Below, in pieces: positions 37,820 through 51,200 of a stretch of DNA of 63,713 bases. Each line of letters opens with the position of its first letter. The first letter of the stretch is position 1. Source of the DNA: Malacoraja senta (lineage: Eukaryota); contig JAXLNO010000546.1 in assembly GCA_038087875.1 (NCBI GenBank), positions 186,001 to 249,713 on the forward strand, in the 5' to 3' direction. The notes beneath the pieces are model-generated. The model had not been told where the DNA came from. It saw only the letters and a list, made by a program, of their open reading frames with translations, and did no database searches. The position numbers and the translations under genes were made by a program.

Positions 37820-38560
37820 TCCATCGGGTGGCGCCACCGCGGTAGCTGCCTCGCCAACAATCTGTCAGTCCCTCTCTGTTTTTATTATTGTAAGTATATT
37901 TTAAAAGTATGATTCAGTGTTTCTTGGTTTGTTTAATGTGGGGGGGGGGGGGGGGCTCAGGGGAAACATTGTTCCGTCAGTTATGTCGACGGAGATGCGA
38001 TTTTTCGCCATGAGGTATCTCCGCCCCTCACCCTTGCAGCCTAACAACGTGAGTGATGTGGCCTTTCCTGAAGACCGGCCCGGAGCTTCAAGCTGCAGGC
38101 GTGGTGCGGAATTACCATCGCGGAGCCTGCGATCCGTTGCCGAGGAACGACAGCAAAAGAGCTCCGACTGCGGTGTCTGTGTACTTTAACACCGTGAAGC
38201 AGCGGTCTCGGGTAAGAAATGGCCGACTCTGGAGCTCCCAGATGCGGAGTGTTCTGATCCGTCCCGAAACCGGAGTTTCGATCATTCCGACGCGAGTGCT
38301 TGGACATCGGATCGTCGGCAGCGGCGAACTGCGGAGGGTTCAGCCCCGACCACGGGTGACCAAAAGAAGAAAATGGCTGAACTTCATTGCCTTCCATCAC
38401 AATGAGGAATGCTGATTCCATTGCGGTGGATGTTTATGTTAAATTGTATTTTTATGTGGCTGTGTGTATTGTTGCTTTTCACTTAGTATGGCTGTATGGT
38501 AAATCAAATATCACTGTCCCTTAATTGGTGCATGATAATAAACGTGAACTCGAACTCGAA
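37820..38560 (+). mobile_element. GC-rich SINE-like retroposon (paralog 58920-59647, -)
   Basis: Same family; flanked by aacagat on both sides (candidate TSD); empty site at ~5966. Confidence 0.78.
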
Positions 38561-38967
38561 CAGATAAACAATGCTCTGCATAATGAGACACAGACACGTG
38601 GCTGTCAGAAAGAATGAGAATTAGGTCGATACTTGTCCAGTCACTGGACGTATTAATAATATCGTGCAGTATTTGGCCCGTGGGTTTCTGTGCTTAGATT
38701 ATTCTGGCGCTTTTCATGGTACTTGTTAAATTATGCAAGCGAATCCGCTTCCATCACTTCATCCAACCTTATTTTCTATGTAATCACTACTCCCTGGGTG
38801 AAAAGCTTCTACCGTAGATCCGATCTCTTAACTGCCGAACTGCTACTTGGTGAATTGTTTACCGCTGAGCAATAGAGTCTACCTACCATTACATTGAACA
38901 TCCCATTCATGTTCACACTTAAACTTCGGTGTAATAAAAATTAACTGCTCTCGTCTCTCATCAACAG

Positions 38968-39232
38968 TGAAGCAGTCCATTCCAACAACATATTGCACCC
39001 TTTCCGATGCTACCACCTATTCCTACACTATGATGGGCACTAAATTTAGGCTGAAACCTGGTTCATATTATATATCATTGCATCAAATACTACCTGCGTA
39101 TACACAAATACATGCCAGAATTCCATATCAGATTTCGCTACATGCATCTCGACCACGCATCTTTGTACGTGTCTAACAATGTGCCTCTGTACTTCAGATA
39201 TTCTAATGTGGCCTAGCGGTTCTTTACAACAG
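38968..39232 (+). pseudogene. Exon-like segment, possible C-linker. Paralog at ~58249-58515(-)
   Basis: Acceptor tctcatcaacag, donor cag|gtaggt. Reads SLHQILPAYTQIHARIPYQISLHASRPRIFVRV*. Confidence 0.4.
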
Positions 39233-39565
39233 GTAGGTATAAAACATAGGAAACGTGGCCAAGCTGATCACGAAGTAGTGCGTTATCTAAACCCCAGGTC
39301 TGACATATACAAGTATTATTGCAAGAATATGTTCCATCAGACCATAACCGCAATGAAGGCTTGTCAAGAAGTGATTGAATATCTATATAATTAAAAGTGT
39401 CATCTTGACCACTTCCTGTTTGGACTGCATATTGATATTAGAAAAAACGCTATACTTACGGCTGTGATTTTTGGCCATGTTACTCAGAGCCCCCCTCCGC
39501 AGCGCAGGACAAGACGTTTTTTCCCATTGTTTAAAAATAAAAGATATATGTGTTTCAAAAATGTT

Positions 39566-41785
39566 AAAGAAAGGTAACTTTGAGGGTATGAGACGTGAAT
39601 TGGCCAAGATTGACTGGCAATTAATTCTAAAAGGGTTGACGGTGGATATGCAATGGAAGACATTTAAAGACTCCATGGATGAACTACAAAAATTGTTCAT
39701 CCCAGTTTGGCAAAAGAATAAATCAGGGAAGGTAGTGCATCCGTGGATAACAAGGGAAATCAGGGATGGTATCAAAGCGAAGGATGATGCGTACAAATTA
39801 GCCAGAAAAAGCAGCATACCGGAGGACTGGGAGAAATTCAGAGACCAGCAGAGGAGGGCAAAGGGCTTAATTAGGAAAGGAAAAATAGATTATGAAAGAA
39901 AACTGGCAGGGAACATAAAAACTGATTGCAAACGTTTTTATAGATATGTGAAAAGAAAGAGATAGTTAAATCAAATGTAGGTCCCTTGCAGTCAGAAACA
40001 GGTGTTGATCATGGGGTACAAGGATATGGCGGACCAATTGAATAATTACTTTGGTTCCGTCTTCACTAAGGAAGACATAAATAATCTGCGGGAAATAGCA
40101 GGGGACCGCGGGTCAAAGGAGTTGGAGGAATTGAGTGAAATTCAGTTTAGTCGGGAAGTGGTGTTGGGTAAATTGAATGGATTAAAGGCCGATAAATCCC
40201 CAGGGCCAGATGGGCTGCATCCCAGAGTAATTAAGGAAGTAGCTCCAGAAATAATGGATGCATTAGTAATAATCTTTCAAAACTCTTTAGATTCTGGAGT
40301 AGTTCCTGAGGATTGGCGGGTAGCAAACGTAACCCCACTTTTTAAGAAGGGAGGGAGAGAGAAAACGGGGAATTACAGACCAGTTAGTCTAACATCGGTA
40401 GTGGGGAAACTGCAAGAGTCAGTTATTAAAGATGGGATAGCAGCACATTTGGAAAGTGGTGAAATCATTGGATAAAGTCAGCATGGATTTACGAAAGGTA
40501 AATCATGTCTGACGAATCTTATAGAATTTTTCGAGGATGTAAGTAGTAGCGTGGATAGGGGATAACCAGTGGATGTGGTGTATCTGGACTTCCAGAAGGC
40601 TTTCGACAAGGTCCCACATAAGTGATTAGTATACAAACTTAAAGCACATGGCATTGGGGGTTCAGTATTGATGTGGATAGAGAACTGGCTGGCAAACAGG
40701 AAGCAAAGTGTAGGAGTAAACGGGTCCTTTTCACAATGGCAGGCAGTGACTAGTGGGGTACCGCAAGGATCAGTGCTGGGACCCCAGCTATTTACAATAT
40801 ATATTAATGATGTGGATGAGGGAATTGAAGGCAATATCTCCAAGTTTGCAGATGACACTAAGCTGGGGGGCAGTGTTAGCTGTGAGGAGGATGCTAGCAG
40901 ACTTCAAGGTGACTTGGATAGGCTGGGTGAGTGGGAAAATGTTTGGCAGATGCAGTATAATGTGGATAAATGTGAGGTTATCCATTTTGGTGGCAAAAAC
41001 AGGAAAGCAGAATATTATCTAAATGGTGGACGACTACGAAAAGGGGAGATGCAGCGAGACCTGGCTGTCATGCTACACCAGTCATTGAAAGTAGGCATGA
41101 AGGTGCAGCAGGCAGTGAAGAAAGCGAATGGTATGTTAGCTTTCATAGCAAAACAATTTGAGTATAGGAGCAGGGAGGTTCTACTGCAGTTGTACAGGGT
41201 CTTGGTGAGACCACACCTGGAGTATTGCGTACAGTTTTGGTCTCCAAATCTGAGGAAGGACATTATTGCCATAGAGGGAGTGCAGAGAAAGTTCACCAGA
41301 CTGATTCCTGGGATGTCAGGACTGTCTTATGAAGAAAGACTGGATAGACTTGGTTTATACTCTCTAGAATTTAGGAGATTGAGAGGGGATCTTATAGAAA
41401 CTTACAAAATTCTTAAGGGGTTGGACAGGCTAGATGCAGGAAGATTGCTCCCGATGTTGGTGAAGTCCAGGACAAGGGGTCACAGCTTAAGAATAAGGGG
41501 GAAATCCTTTAAAACCGAGATGAGAAGAACTTTTTTCACACAGAGAGTGGTGAATCTCTGGAACTCTCTGCCACAGAGGGTAGTCGAGGCCAGTTCATTG
41601 GCTATATTTAAGAGGGAGTTAGATGTGGCCCTTGTAGCTAAAGGGATCAGGGGGTATGGAGAGAAAGCAGGTACAGGATACTGAGTTGGATGATCAGCCA
41701 TGATCATATTGAATGGCGGTGCAGGCTCGAAGGGCCGCATGGCCTACTCCTGCACCTATTTTCTATGTTTCTATGTTTCTATGTT
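39566..41785 (+). mobile_element. Young 5'-truncated CR1 ORF2 (few stops) with (tttctatg)n tail
   Basis: ORFs 39471.., 40002.. and 40668..41684 with KFADDTKL; empty site at ~57890. Confidence 0.97.
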
Positions 41786-42171
41786 GAGATTCTACCTCCT
41801 GTCAATCACCACCATGGCCATACCCCTTCCGGTGGGGAGGGGGGAGGGACTATAAAGCCAGAAGTGTGGGCGTGGCTCAGTTTCCGTGAGATTGGGGAGG
41901 GAGAGGTCACCTTAGTGGCCTTGCAACCTGCTTGAAATGGTATGAAAATGCTTTTGAATTTGGTGGCCTTGCACCCTGTTTGAAATGGTGTGAAACAGCT
42001 TTTGAATTTGGTGGCCTTGCACCCTGCTTGAAATGGGAGGAAACTTCATTTGAATTTGGTGGCCTGCTCTCTGCTGGAAATGGAATTTCAAGGAATAGCC
42101 ATGACTCAACTCCCAGCCCACCAGGCTTGAGTGACTGAGCTGCCAGCCCACGAATCCATTCGGCCCACAAA

Positions 42172-42655
42172 AAAGGGGCCACATCACCCCGATCCTGGCC
42201 TCTCTCCACTGGCTCCCTGTGCGGTTCCGTATAAACTTCAAGATCCTCCTCCATGTCTACAAATCCCTCAATGGGCTTGCCCCCACCTACACAAAAAGTC
42301 TTCTCACCCACCACTCCACCTCCAGGCCCTCAGATCGGCCGACTTGGGGTTCCTGAATATTCCACCGTCTTGGCAAAAGCTCAGGGGCGACCGCGCCTTT
42401 GCGGTTGCATCCCCTAGACTGTTGAACAGCATCGCCTTTCCCATCAGAACTGCCCCCTCCATCGACTCTTTTGAGTCAAGACTAAAGACTTATGTATACT
42501 CCCAACCCTTTCCTGACGTCTTCTGAGTGACGGCTACATGTATGTATGTTTGTTGTTTATTTTGTTTATGCTATTCTTATAACAAATGTAAAGCACTTTG
42601 GCCAACGAGAGTTGTTTTTTAAATGTGCTATATAAATAAATGTGACTTGACTTGA
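42172..42655 (+). mobile_element. L2 LINE 3' fragment
   Basis: HITPILASLHWLPV..., GDRAFAVASPRLLNS; (gactt)n tail; absent from the copies at ~318 and ~57508. Confidence 0.92.
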
Positions 42656-45600
42656 CAATGTCCATATTAGCCCTCTGTAAACCAGCCCACAACACACATA
42701 CCAGCGCTCCAGAACCCCCCCCCCCCCACTGGCCATCAATATTGGAAATGGCGGAAAGGTGTAATTGGCGAAGCATTGGGGGACCAGCCCTCTCGTGTGA
42801 ACATGGGACCCAACGGGTCCCACTTAGTCTAGTATAAAATAAATGTGTACGCTGCGTCCTTATATTTAACATGACTCCATTCAAAGTTTTCATGTTGATA
42901 AATTGATGTGATGAGAAATTCAAGGTTATTCCGCCATTCGATCGTGGCTGATTTATCTTTCGCCTTCAAACTCATTCTTCTGCCTTCTACCAATAACTCC
43001 TGAATCCGTACAATCAAAATATACCAATCTCCGCCCTAAAAATATGAATTGACTTGCCCCCCTTACAACCTTCTGTGGCAATGAATTCGACATTCACCAC
43101 CCTCCAACAAAAGAAATTGGAGTTTCCTCCAAGCGCATTACATTCCAAGTGATCAGTCGTGACTCTCACTGTATTACTTGAGTGGCCAAGATAAGAAGTG
43201 ATCAGTAATAAACAACCTCGACAGCAGACAAAGAGAATTCAATCAGGGCCGTAGCAAATCAACGTATTTTTCGAGAGCTCAAACTCCGCGAAAGAAGAAG
43301 GCTGAAGAATGGATGCAGAGAAGATTTACGAGGATGTTGCCAGGACATGAAGGCCTGAGCTATGGGAATAGGTTGTGCAAGCATGGACTCTTGCTTGGAG
43401 CGCAGGGGGAAGCGAATTTATATATTTGAGGTGTACAAAACAAAGGATTAAGGAGAGGAAGGAAAGGTTTAATGCGAACCTGACGGATAACGTTTCACGC
43501 AAATGTTGGTTGTTGTATGGAAAGAGTTGCCAGAGAAGATCGTTGAGGCAGGTAAAATGGCAAAGATTAAGAAATATTTACACAGGTACAAGGATAGAAC
43601 ATGTTTAGAGGGATATGGGCCACATGCAGTTAGGTGGGACGAGTGTAGCGGGCCATGTTGGCCGATCTGGGCAGTTGGGCCATATACCGTATATCCACGA
43701 GGAAATACTCAATGACTATGATTCCATAGCTCTAATTATTTAAGGGAAGATGATCGAACCTCATAGAGAGCGCACTATGCTGAACTCATGGAACTCAGCG
43801 AAGACACATGCGACCAATCCCAAGGGGAACGGATGGCGATTGATACAGCTAGTGCCATACACAGGCATTCTTTGACCAACTGTGTGAGTGTGTGTTTGTG
43901 CGTCCATGTGCGTGTATGTTTATGGGCAGGGGTATCTCGTGCCGTGCATATCATCTTTTCATGAATATTCATTCCCGATGGGGTGGTTGACGAGATAACG
44001 TTTGATTAAGTGTGTCAGGCAGCATGTGTGCAGAAAATGGACAGTCGACGTTACGAAATGAAGAATGCTTGTAATTTTAGACCACTGAAATGACGTTATT
44101 CCTTCGCTGTATTTATTTACTCGTTGTTTTGGTTCATTTGCCCGATTTATTCCATAAATGGAAAAAATAAATGGCTGAGCAAATCCAATGACGAATCTGT
44201 TTGTCAACGTGTCTGTTCATCTGGAGAAAGCACAATTATCGAGCTGCGATGGGAGTAAGTATGTGAGTTCTCAATCTTTACAACGGAGGTCAACGACAGA
44301 AGAGTCTACGTGAGTGTAGGCAGTTTTCTTATTGATTGGATCTGCAAACAAAAATATCAGAGTTGCAGAATGAAGAAGACTGGGAATGGTAACAAGATAT
44401 TGATCAGTTCCAGACCCAGCCGAAAATGTTGGTGGATTTACCGTAAAAGGAGCAGTTGTGAAGCACAGATATAAAATGTTAAGGGGAAGGATAGAGTTAA
44501 TGAGAAGACACTTAACAAGCATCACTGCAAAGTGGAATGATACGATTTAACACAAGGACTTCATTAACGTAGAAACATATGTAGATAGAGTGGGAAAACT
44601 GGCATATAGAGTCATAGAGTGATAGTGTGGAAGCAGGCCCTTCGGACAAACTCGCCCACAATGGCTGACAATGTCCCAGCTACACTGGTCCCACTTGCCT
44701 GCGCTTGGTTCATGTCCCTCCAAACTTGTCCTATCCATATACTTGTTTAACGGTTTCTTAAACCATGAGATAATCCGAGCCTCACCTACCTCCTCTGCCA
44801 TTTTGTTCCATATACCCACCACCCGTTGTGTGAAAAAGTCACCCCTCGGATGCCTTTTAAATCTTCTTTTCTTCAACTTGAACCTATGTCCTCTGGCTCT
44901 CGATTCTCCTACTTTGGGCAAGACACTGTGCATCTAACCGATCTATCCCTCTCATGATTGTGTATTCCTCTGTAAGAACTCCCCTCTTCCATCCATGGAA
45001 TAGAGACCCAGTCTACTCTACTAAATACACACTTCTTTGTATATAGTATACTTTTTTTAATCAGTCTGGGTTTTTAATATGTTTAAGAAGGAGCTGCAAA
45101 TGCTGGAAAGTGGAAGGTAGACAAAAATGCTGGAGAAACTCAGTGGGTGAGGCAGCATCCATGGAGCGAATTTTTAATATAGTTTTTAATGTTTTTTAAT
45201 ATAATTATCAGAAAGAGATGTTGCAATTGTATTCCATTTATATTAGGCTGCACTTGGGTTTTGCGTGCAGTACTGCTCAGTCAATTGTTGGAAGGATTTG
45301 GAGGTTATAATGAGTTTGGCACAAGACGTTTGCAAATGTGCTGCTTCGATTGAGGATATGGACCGTTTGAAAAAAATGAACACACTTGGATTGTTTTCTC
45401 TCCTGCTGAGAAATTGGGGGAGGCCTGTCTTTTGCTTCCAAAATTCTGAAAGGTACAGTTCGCATAGTGCAAACGTCTTCCGCAATAATGGTACGTCAAA
45501 TATGAGAAGACATCGGATTGAAGTCCGAGGGCAGAAACTTTAAATTACATGTGCGGGGCCCGGCCTATACCCAGAGTGTGTTAATTATCTAGAACGCTAC

Positions 45601-45966
45601 GCCAAGGCTAGTGGTGAAACAAGATAAGATGGCTGCGCTTTGGGGATGGGCCTCTGGAATGGGTTGACAAGATTCACCTGCATGCACAAGTGATTTTTCG
45701 AAATATGGCATGATGTTTGACAAAGCTGTCTTGGGCCGTAGGGCCTTATCTTGTGCTGTATTGTTCTGTACCCCATACTTAAACAGTCGGATCAGTGGTT
45801 GGGCTAAACAACAATGGATGAATTATATTACGAGGAAGTGTGTGGTCATCCAGTTCTTCAGAAACATATATTTAAGTCGGGGAAGGAGGACGTAGACCAT
45901 GAGGAACATGAAGTCGGCATGATATTTGCGAGTGACTGCGAACGCAAATTGATTGTGACTTTTCAG

Positions 45967-46071
45967 TTAAAGGAAAATATGTTTATGATCGCAGACGAAT
46001 CGTGCGAAACTTCAGATTTCTATGCTTTATGTCAAATGATTTTGCATTTATTTACCGAGATTATCCAAATG
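45967..46071 (+). pseudogene. 105-nt exon-like segment, possible channel S2-S3 linker/S3. Paralogs: 3569-3672, 29054-29159, 49463-49530, 54132-54235(-)
   Basis: Acceptor gacttttcag, donor atg|gtaata. Reads KGKYVYDRRRIVRNFR and, in another frame, LHLFTEIIQM. The copies in arms A and A' are 104 nt (frameshifted). Confidence 0.5.
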
Positions 46072-47995
46072 GTAATATATTTGCCCAATGAATTAATAGT
46101 TGTGAATGTAGATGAGACAATACAAAAAAAAAGAAAATCGAACATTGATCGGATATGTTGAAAGGGATTTGGACTAAACGTGAGAATTTGTAACGTTGTG
46201 TGCCCTGTGTCGCCGTGGACATACTGTCCTCCTTACCTGGTTCCCACCATCGTGTCCCACTACTTTAAACTCCCGACTAGAATTTAGCTAAATCCTTCTG
46301 AGGAAGACGTTCAGCAGATCTATCACACAATTCAGCAAGTCAGCTTGCCCTGGAAGTTTGAATCGCATTGAATGCTGGGATCGGTGCGGGGCCATTGCAG
46401 TTTGTGTCTTGGGTAAGAATGTACAAGGCTTGATTAGTAAGTTTGCAGATACTGCGAAAGTAGATGGCATTGCAGATAGAAAAGATTGTTATCGATATTT
46501 ATAGCAGCCGAGGAATTGCTAAAGATGTTTAATGCAGTACAATGTGAGATGTTGCATTTCCGGAAGTCAAACCAAGACTAGACTTTCACAATGCATGGTC
46601 TACGGAGTAATGTAGCAGTAAACATGCACGTTTCCCTACAAAGTGGATACTCGTTGGTCCAGAAATACTGTACCTGAACCTATTAATGTGACATGCATGT
46701 AGCAAACCTGTACCTGCAATTGCCTCCATTTTGTAGCTGTCCCCGGATCCTGCCATTCCACCGGGTGGCGACGCGAGCGGCAGCCTCACCAGCAGCCGTT
46801 TGTGCTTTGGACTATTTTTGTTATTTTTAGTGTGTCCAAAATGCATGTTTTCATGTTTATCGGTATGATGTATGTGGGGGGGGGGGGGTGGTCGGGGGAT
46901 AGCTTTTTCAGTCACTTACCTCGAGGAAGATGATTCTTTTCTGTGTGTCGCATCTTCGCCCAGCTCGCAGCCTAACAACTGGATAGGTGTGGTCTTGCCC
47001 GGACATCAGACTGGAGCCGCTGGCACGGCGCGGACGTCAACATCGCGGAGCTGCGATCCTTTGCCGAGTATAGCCAGTGTTAGAGCTCTGTGCGTGCACC
47101 CGTTGACTTTAACACCATGAAGCAGCGGTCTCCGGTAGGAAGCGGCCGATTCAGGAACTCCAGGCCGCGGTGTGTTCCGATCCATCCCGACGTCGCAGTT
47201 TCGATCATCCCGGCGAGAGGGCTTGAACATCGGACCATCCACAACGGCAAGTGCGTAGGGTTCAACGCCCCGACCACGGGTGCACAAAGGAGAAAGATTA
47301 CTGAACTATATTGCCTTCCATCACAGTGAGGTTGCTAATTACACTGTGATGGATGTTTATGTTAAATTTATTGTGTAATGTGTTATTTTTATTTGTGTGG
47401 GTGTATCGTAACTCAAATATCACTGTATCTTAATAGGTGCATGTGACAATAAATGTGAATTTGAACTTTGTTCACTCTGAAGGTACTGCACTGGTTTCTA
47501 TCCCAAAATGCAACAACTCTCACTTAGTTGCATTAAACTCTATTGAACATTTCAACTCACTAGCCAAAAACTCTTGTATCTTCTGCACAAGTTCTAATCC
47601 TACTATCGACATTCTCATCCATATTGCGGATACAAAGCACACGCAACAATGGGCATAGCACCAATACCTAAGGCACACCACGACTCACAAGCTTCCAGCC
47701 CGAATTACAAACGTCCGCCACCTCCCTCTGCTTCCATCTATGAGAACAATTCTTTATCAATTCGGCTAGCTCTTCCTGGATTCCCTGAGATGTAAACGTC
47801 CACAGCATCCTGCCAGGCTTGATTAGTGCATTTTTAAAGTTTATTACGGATACAACGAGGGTATTGAGCATTAAATGTTCTATGGTTTAAATTCCATATT
47901 ATCCGTAGGACAGACAAGCAGTTGGATAATTGTAGTGAGGAGGCTTGCCCAGACTAGGCAGGATGAAGCTATATTATATTAGTTAACCCCTGCAG

Positions 47996-48272
47996 CTGTG
48001 GTTCTTGGTATAAATCTAGCGACCATAGATCGGAGCGAGTACAGTAGATCAGAATGGCTGCAGATGATTTGCTAATAACGGAGCATATTCTCTGTTGACC
48101 AGCAAATACATGATGGGTGGAAATGCATATTTCTGTTGTGTCAGATGCAATGATTCTTATCATATCGCTTATCAATATCTGCGTTATCCCTTGTTTATCG
48201 GGTATACCCGCCCTGTGCCGGTCACTTCTGCATTTATTATCTGACGCATGTTTGCCGGTTATTCAGCTGCAG
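47996..48272 (+). pseudogene. Exon-like segment, possible S4-S5-pore-S6 of an HCN/CNG-family channel. Paralogs: 5511-5786, ~37280-37625, ~51970-52250(-)
   Basis: Acceptor cccctgcag, donor cag|gtaagg. Reads SYHIAYQYLRYPLFIGYTRPVPVTSAFII*RMFAGYSAAG, similar to the HCN pore region (Y..A...LCIGYG..APVS...G). Contains stops. Confidence 0.5.
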
Positions 48273-51200
48273 GTAAGGGTTTTCCTGCACTATGATCTGC
48301 TGCCTTAGTCGTTAATACACATGTTTTCATTATGTTTGCTTAATTACTGCTCACGGATGCATACGAAATTAGTCCGTTCTGTTCTTCACTTTCCGCTCAC
48401 TTCAAGTTCGGTGTCATGCCAAAATTTGATGTCTCTACCGCCAGTCACTGTTAACAGATAACCCGTGCTCTGTATCATGAGACAGAGACACCTTGCTGTC
48501 GGAAAGGATGAGAAGTAGGGCGTTATTTATATTAATAGGTTCCGTATATTAGTTATATTCTGTGGAACGCCGTATGCTACTCAAACCTCACATGTCCATA
48601 CCGCCAGTCATATGTAACAGATAACGCGTTCTTTTGGGACGTCAAACAAGGTCAGGACCTGCACAGTGAATGGTAGGGCTCCGCGGAGCTGGTAGATGAG
48701 AGGGCTGCAGGAGTGCAGGTGCATGGTTCTTTGAATGTTGTCACAGGTGGATACAGTGGTCGAAAAGGCTTTCAGCACATTGGCCTTCATCAGACAGAAT
48801 ATTGAGTATTGAAGTTGGGAGGTCATGTTGCAGTTGTATAAGGCGTTGATGAGTTCGCATTTAGAATAATTTGTTCAGTTCTGGGCAACATGTTACAGGA
48901 AAGATATTGTCAAGCTTGAAATGGTTCAGAAAGGATTTACGAAGATGTTGCCAGGACTAGAGGGTTTGAGCTCCAGGGAGAGGTTGAGTAGGTTGGGTGG
49001 CTATTCCATGGAGCGTAGGAGGATGAGAGGAGATCTTACGGCGGTATACAAAATCATGATCGGGTAGATGCACAGTCTTTTACCCAGAGTATGGGAATCA
49101 AGGACCAGAGAACATAGGTTCAAGGCGAACGGGAAAATATTTAATAGGAATCTGAGTGGTCACTTTTTCACACTGATGGCCGTGGGTGTATGGAAAAAGC
49201 TCCCAGAGGAGGTACCTGAGGCTGTGACAATCCCACCGTTTAAGAAGAAACAGTAGGACAGGTTTGGAGGGTTATGGACCAAGCGCAGGCAAGTGGGACT
49301 TGGGTAGCTGGGACATTGTTGGCCGGTGTGGGGGTGTTAGGCTGAAGGGCCTGTTTCCACACTGTATCACTCTGGGACTCTATGACTCTCGAGCATGAGT
49401 AACATGAATTCGGCATAATGTTTGCGAGTGACTGCGAACGCAAGTTAATTGGGACTTTTCAGTTAAAGAAGAAGGAATATGGAATATATGTTATTATACG
49501 ACGCTTAAGAATCGTGTGAAACGTCAGCTTCCAGATGACTTGCTAATATATGAGCATATTCTCGGTTGATGGTTGGAAATATATATTTCTGTTTTGCCAG
49601 ATTCAATGAGTCTTATCATATCGTTCCCAATGCCAAGGGAAACGGATGGCAGTTGATACAGATAGATACTAGGTCAGGCATTATTTGACCAACGGTGTGA
49701 CTGTGTGCTTGGGCGTCTGTGTGCGTATGTGTGTATGGGGGAGGTGTGGCCCTTTCAGTGTATTTCATAATTTCAAGAACATTCACTTCTGATGGGAATC
49801 TCCAAATATATATATCGAGTTGCAGACTGAAATAGACTGTGAGTGCAAACAAGATGTTGGTCAGTTCCAGATCACAACGGAATGGTGGATATATTTACAA
49901 TATAAGGAGCGGGTGTGAAGCGAAGAGATGGGATGCTACGGGAAATTATGCAGTTTATGAGAAGAAACCTAACAGCATTGATGCAAAGTGGAATGACTCT
50001 ATCTAACTCAAGGGCTTCCTAAAGTTTTTAACACCTATAGAATAAACTGGCATATGGTCTACGTTCCTTTATCGGTCGGGGTATTTAATAAAATTATTTG
50101 AAAGTGATGTTGCAGTTGTATTCCATTTAGGTCAGACTGCAGTGGGAGTATTGCGTGCAGTACTGCTCTGCCAATTGCTGGAAGGATTTTGAGGTGTTAT
50201 TGAATGTGGCAGAAGACGTTTACAAGATTGCTACTTTGATTGCAGGATATGACTGAGGAGCGTTTTGACATATTTGAACGTTTTCTCTGGAGCGGAGTAG
50301 AATGTGCAACTTTCTGCCGCCGTGGCTCTCTGACGCATGCTTGCTGATCAGTCTGCCCCAGGTAACTGTTTTCATAACGCTGGTGAAGCTATCGAATTAT
50401 TTGCCACAGAATGCCGTGAAGGCCAAATTAGTGGATATTTTGAAGGCAGAGATATATAGATTCGTGATTAGAACAGTTGTCAGCGATTATGGGGATAAGG
50501 CAGGAGAATGGGGTTAGGAGGGACAGATAGACGACCCGTGTTTAAATGGCGGAGAACATTTAATGGACCAAATGGGCTAATTCTACTCCTATTCTTATGA
50601 CCTTATGACGTTAGGACACTCTGATCGGCCGCCTTAGTCTCTTGTCATCAATTCACACTTTGTGACCAGGTTTGCTGCACGTAACCTGCTCCTCACTTTC
50701 CACTCACATTGAAATCGGTGTCATGGAAAATTCTGATGATGTCTATAGCGGCAGTCATGGCTACAGATTAACCGTTTTTTGTATAATGAGACACAGCCAC
50801 TTGGATGTCACAAGGGATGAGAGGGAGAGCGATATATATATTAATGGGATCCGTAGAATATTAGTTATATTCTATGGAACGCTGTATTCTTCGCAAGCCT
50901 CACATGTCCATAACGCCAATCATAGTTAACAGGTAACGCGTTATCTGTATAATGAGACACAGACTCTTGGCTATCACAAAGAATAAGAGAGACTGAGAGA
51001 GAGAGAGATACTTATATTAATGCATTCCGTAGAACATTCGTTATATTCCACGGAACGCCGTATGGTACGGTTCACGAAAGTGTTACCACTCAGATTCCTA
51101 TTATATATTTTCCCCTTCGCCTTGAACCTATGTTCTCTGGTCCTTGATTCCCATACTCTGGGTAAAATGCTGTGCATCTACCCGATCATGATGTTGTATA

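Larger units (their letters stand above)
39382..42832 (+). mobile_element. Non-autonomous Helitron with nested CR1 and L2 insertions
   Basis: 5' end A|TCTATATAATTAAAA. Perfect 3' hairpin gggaccc-aac-gggtccc (42805-42821), then CTAG|T at 42829-42833. No TSD. These are canonical Helitron termini. Confidence 0.88.
34470..49150 (+). repeat. Segmental duplication, segment B (diverged direct copy of arm A from ~41850; left arm of a large palindrome)
   Basis: 41850 tataaagccagaagtgtgggcgtgg matches position 1. Collinear paralogous ORFs: 43375/1172, 45710/3324, 46872/4395, 47969/5484, 49068/6581. Carries extra CR1 and L2 insertions. Confidence 0.95.

Noticed and set aside
40668..41684. 338-aa RT ORF as a domesticated gene or active LINE
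   Set aside because: 5'-truncated CR1 with upstream stops, no endonuclease or ORF1, and an ordinary tail.
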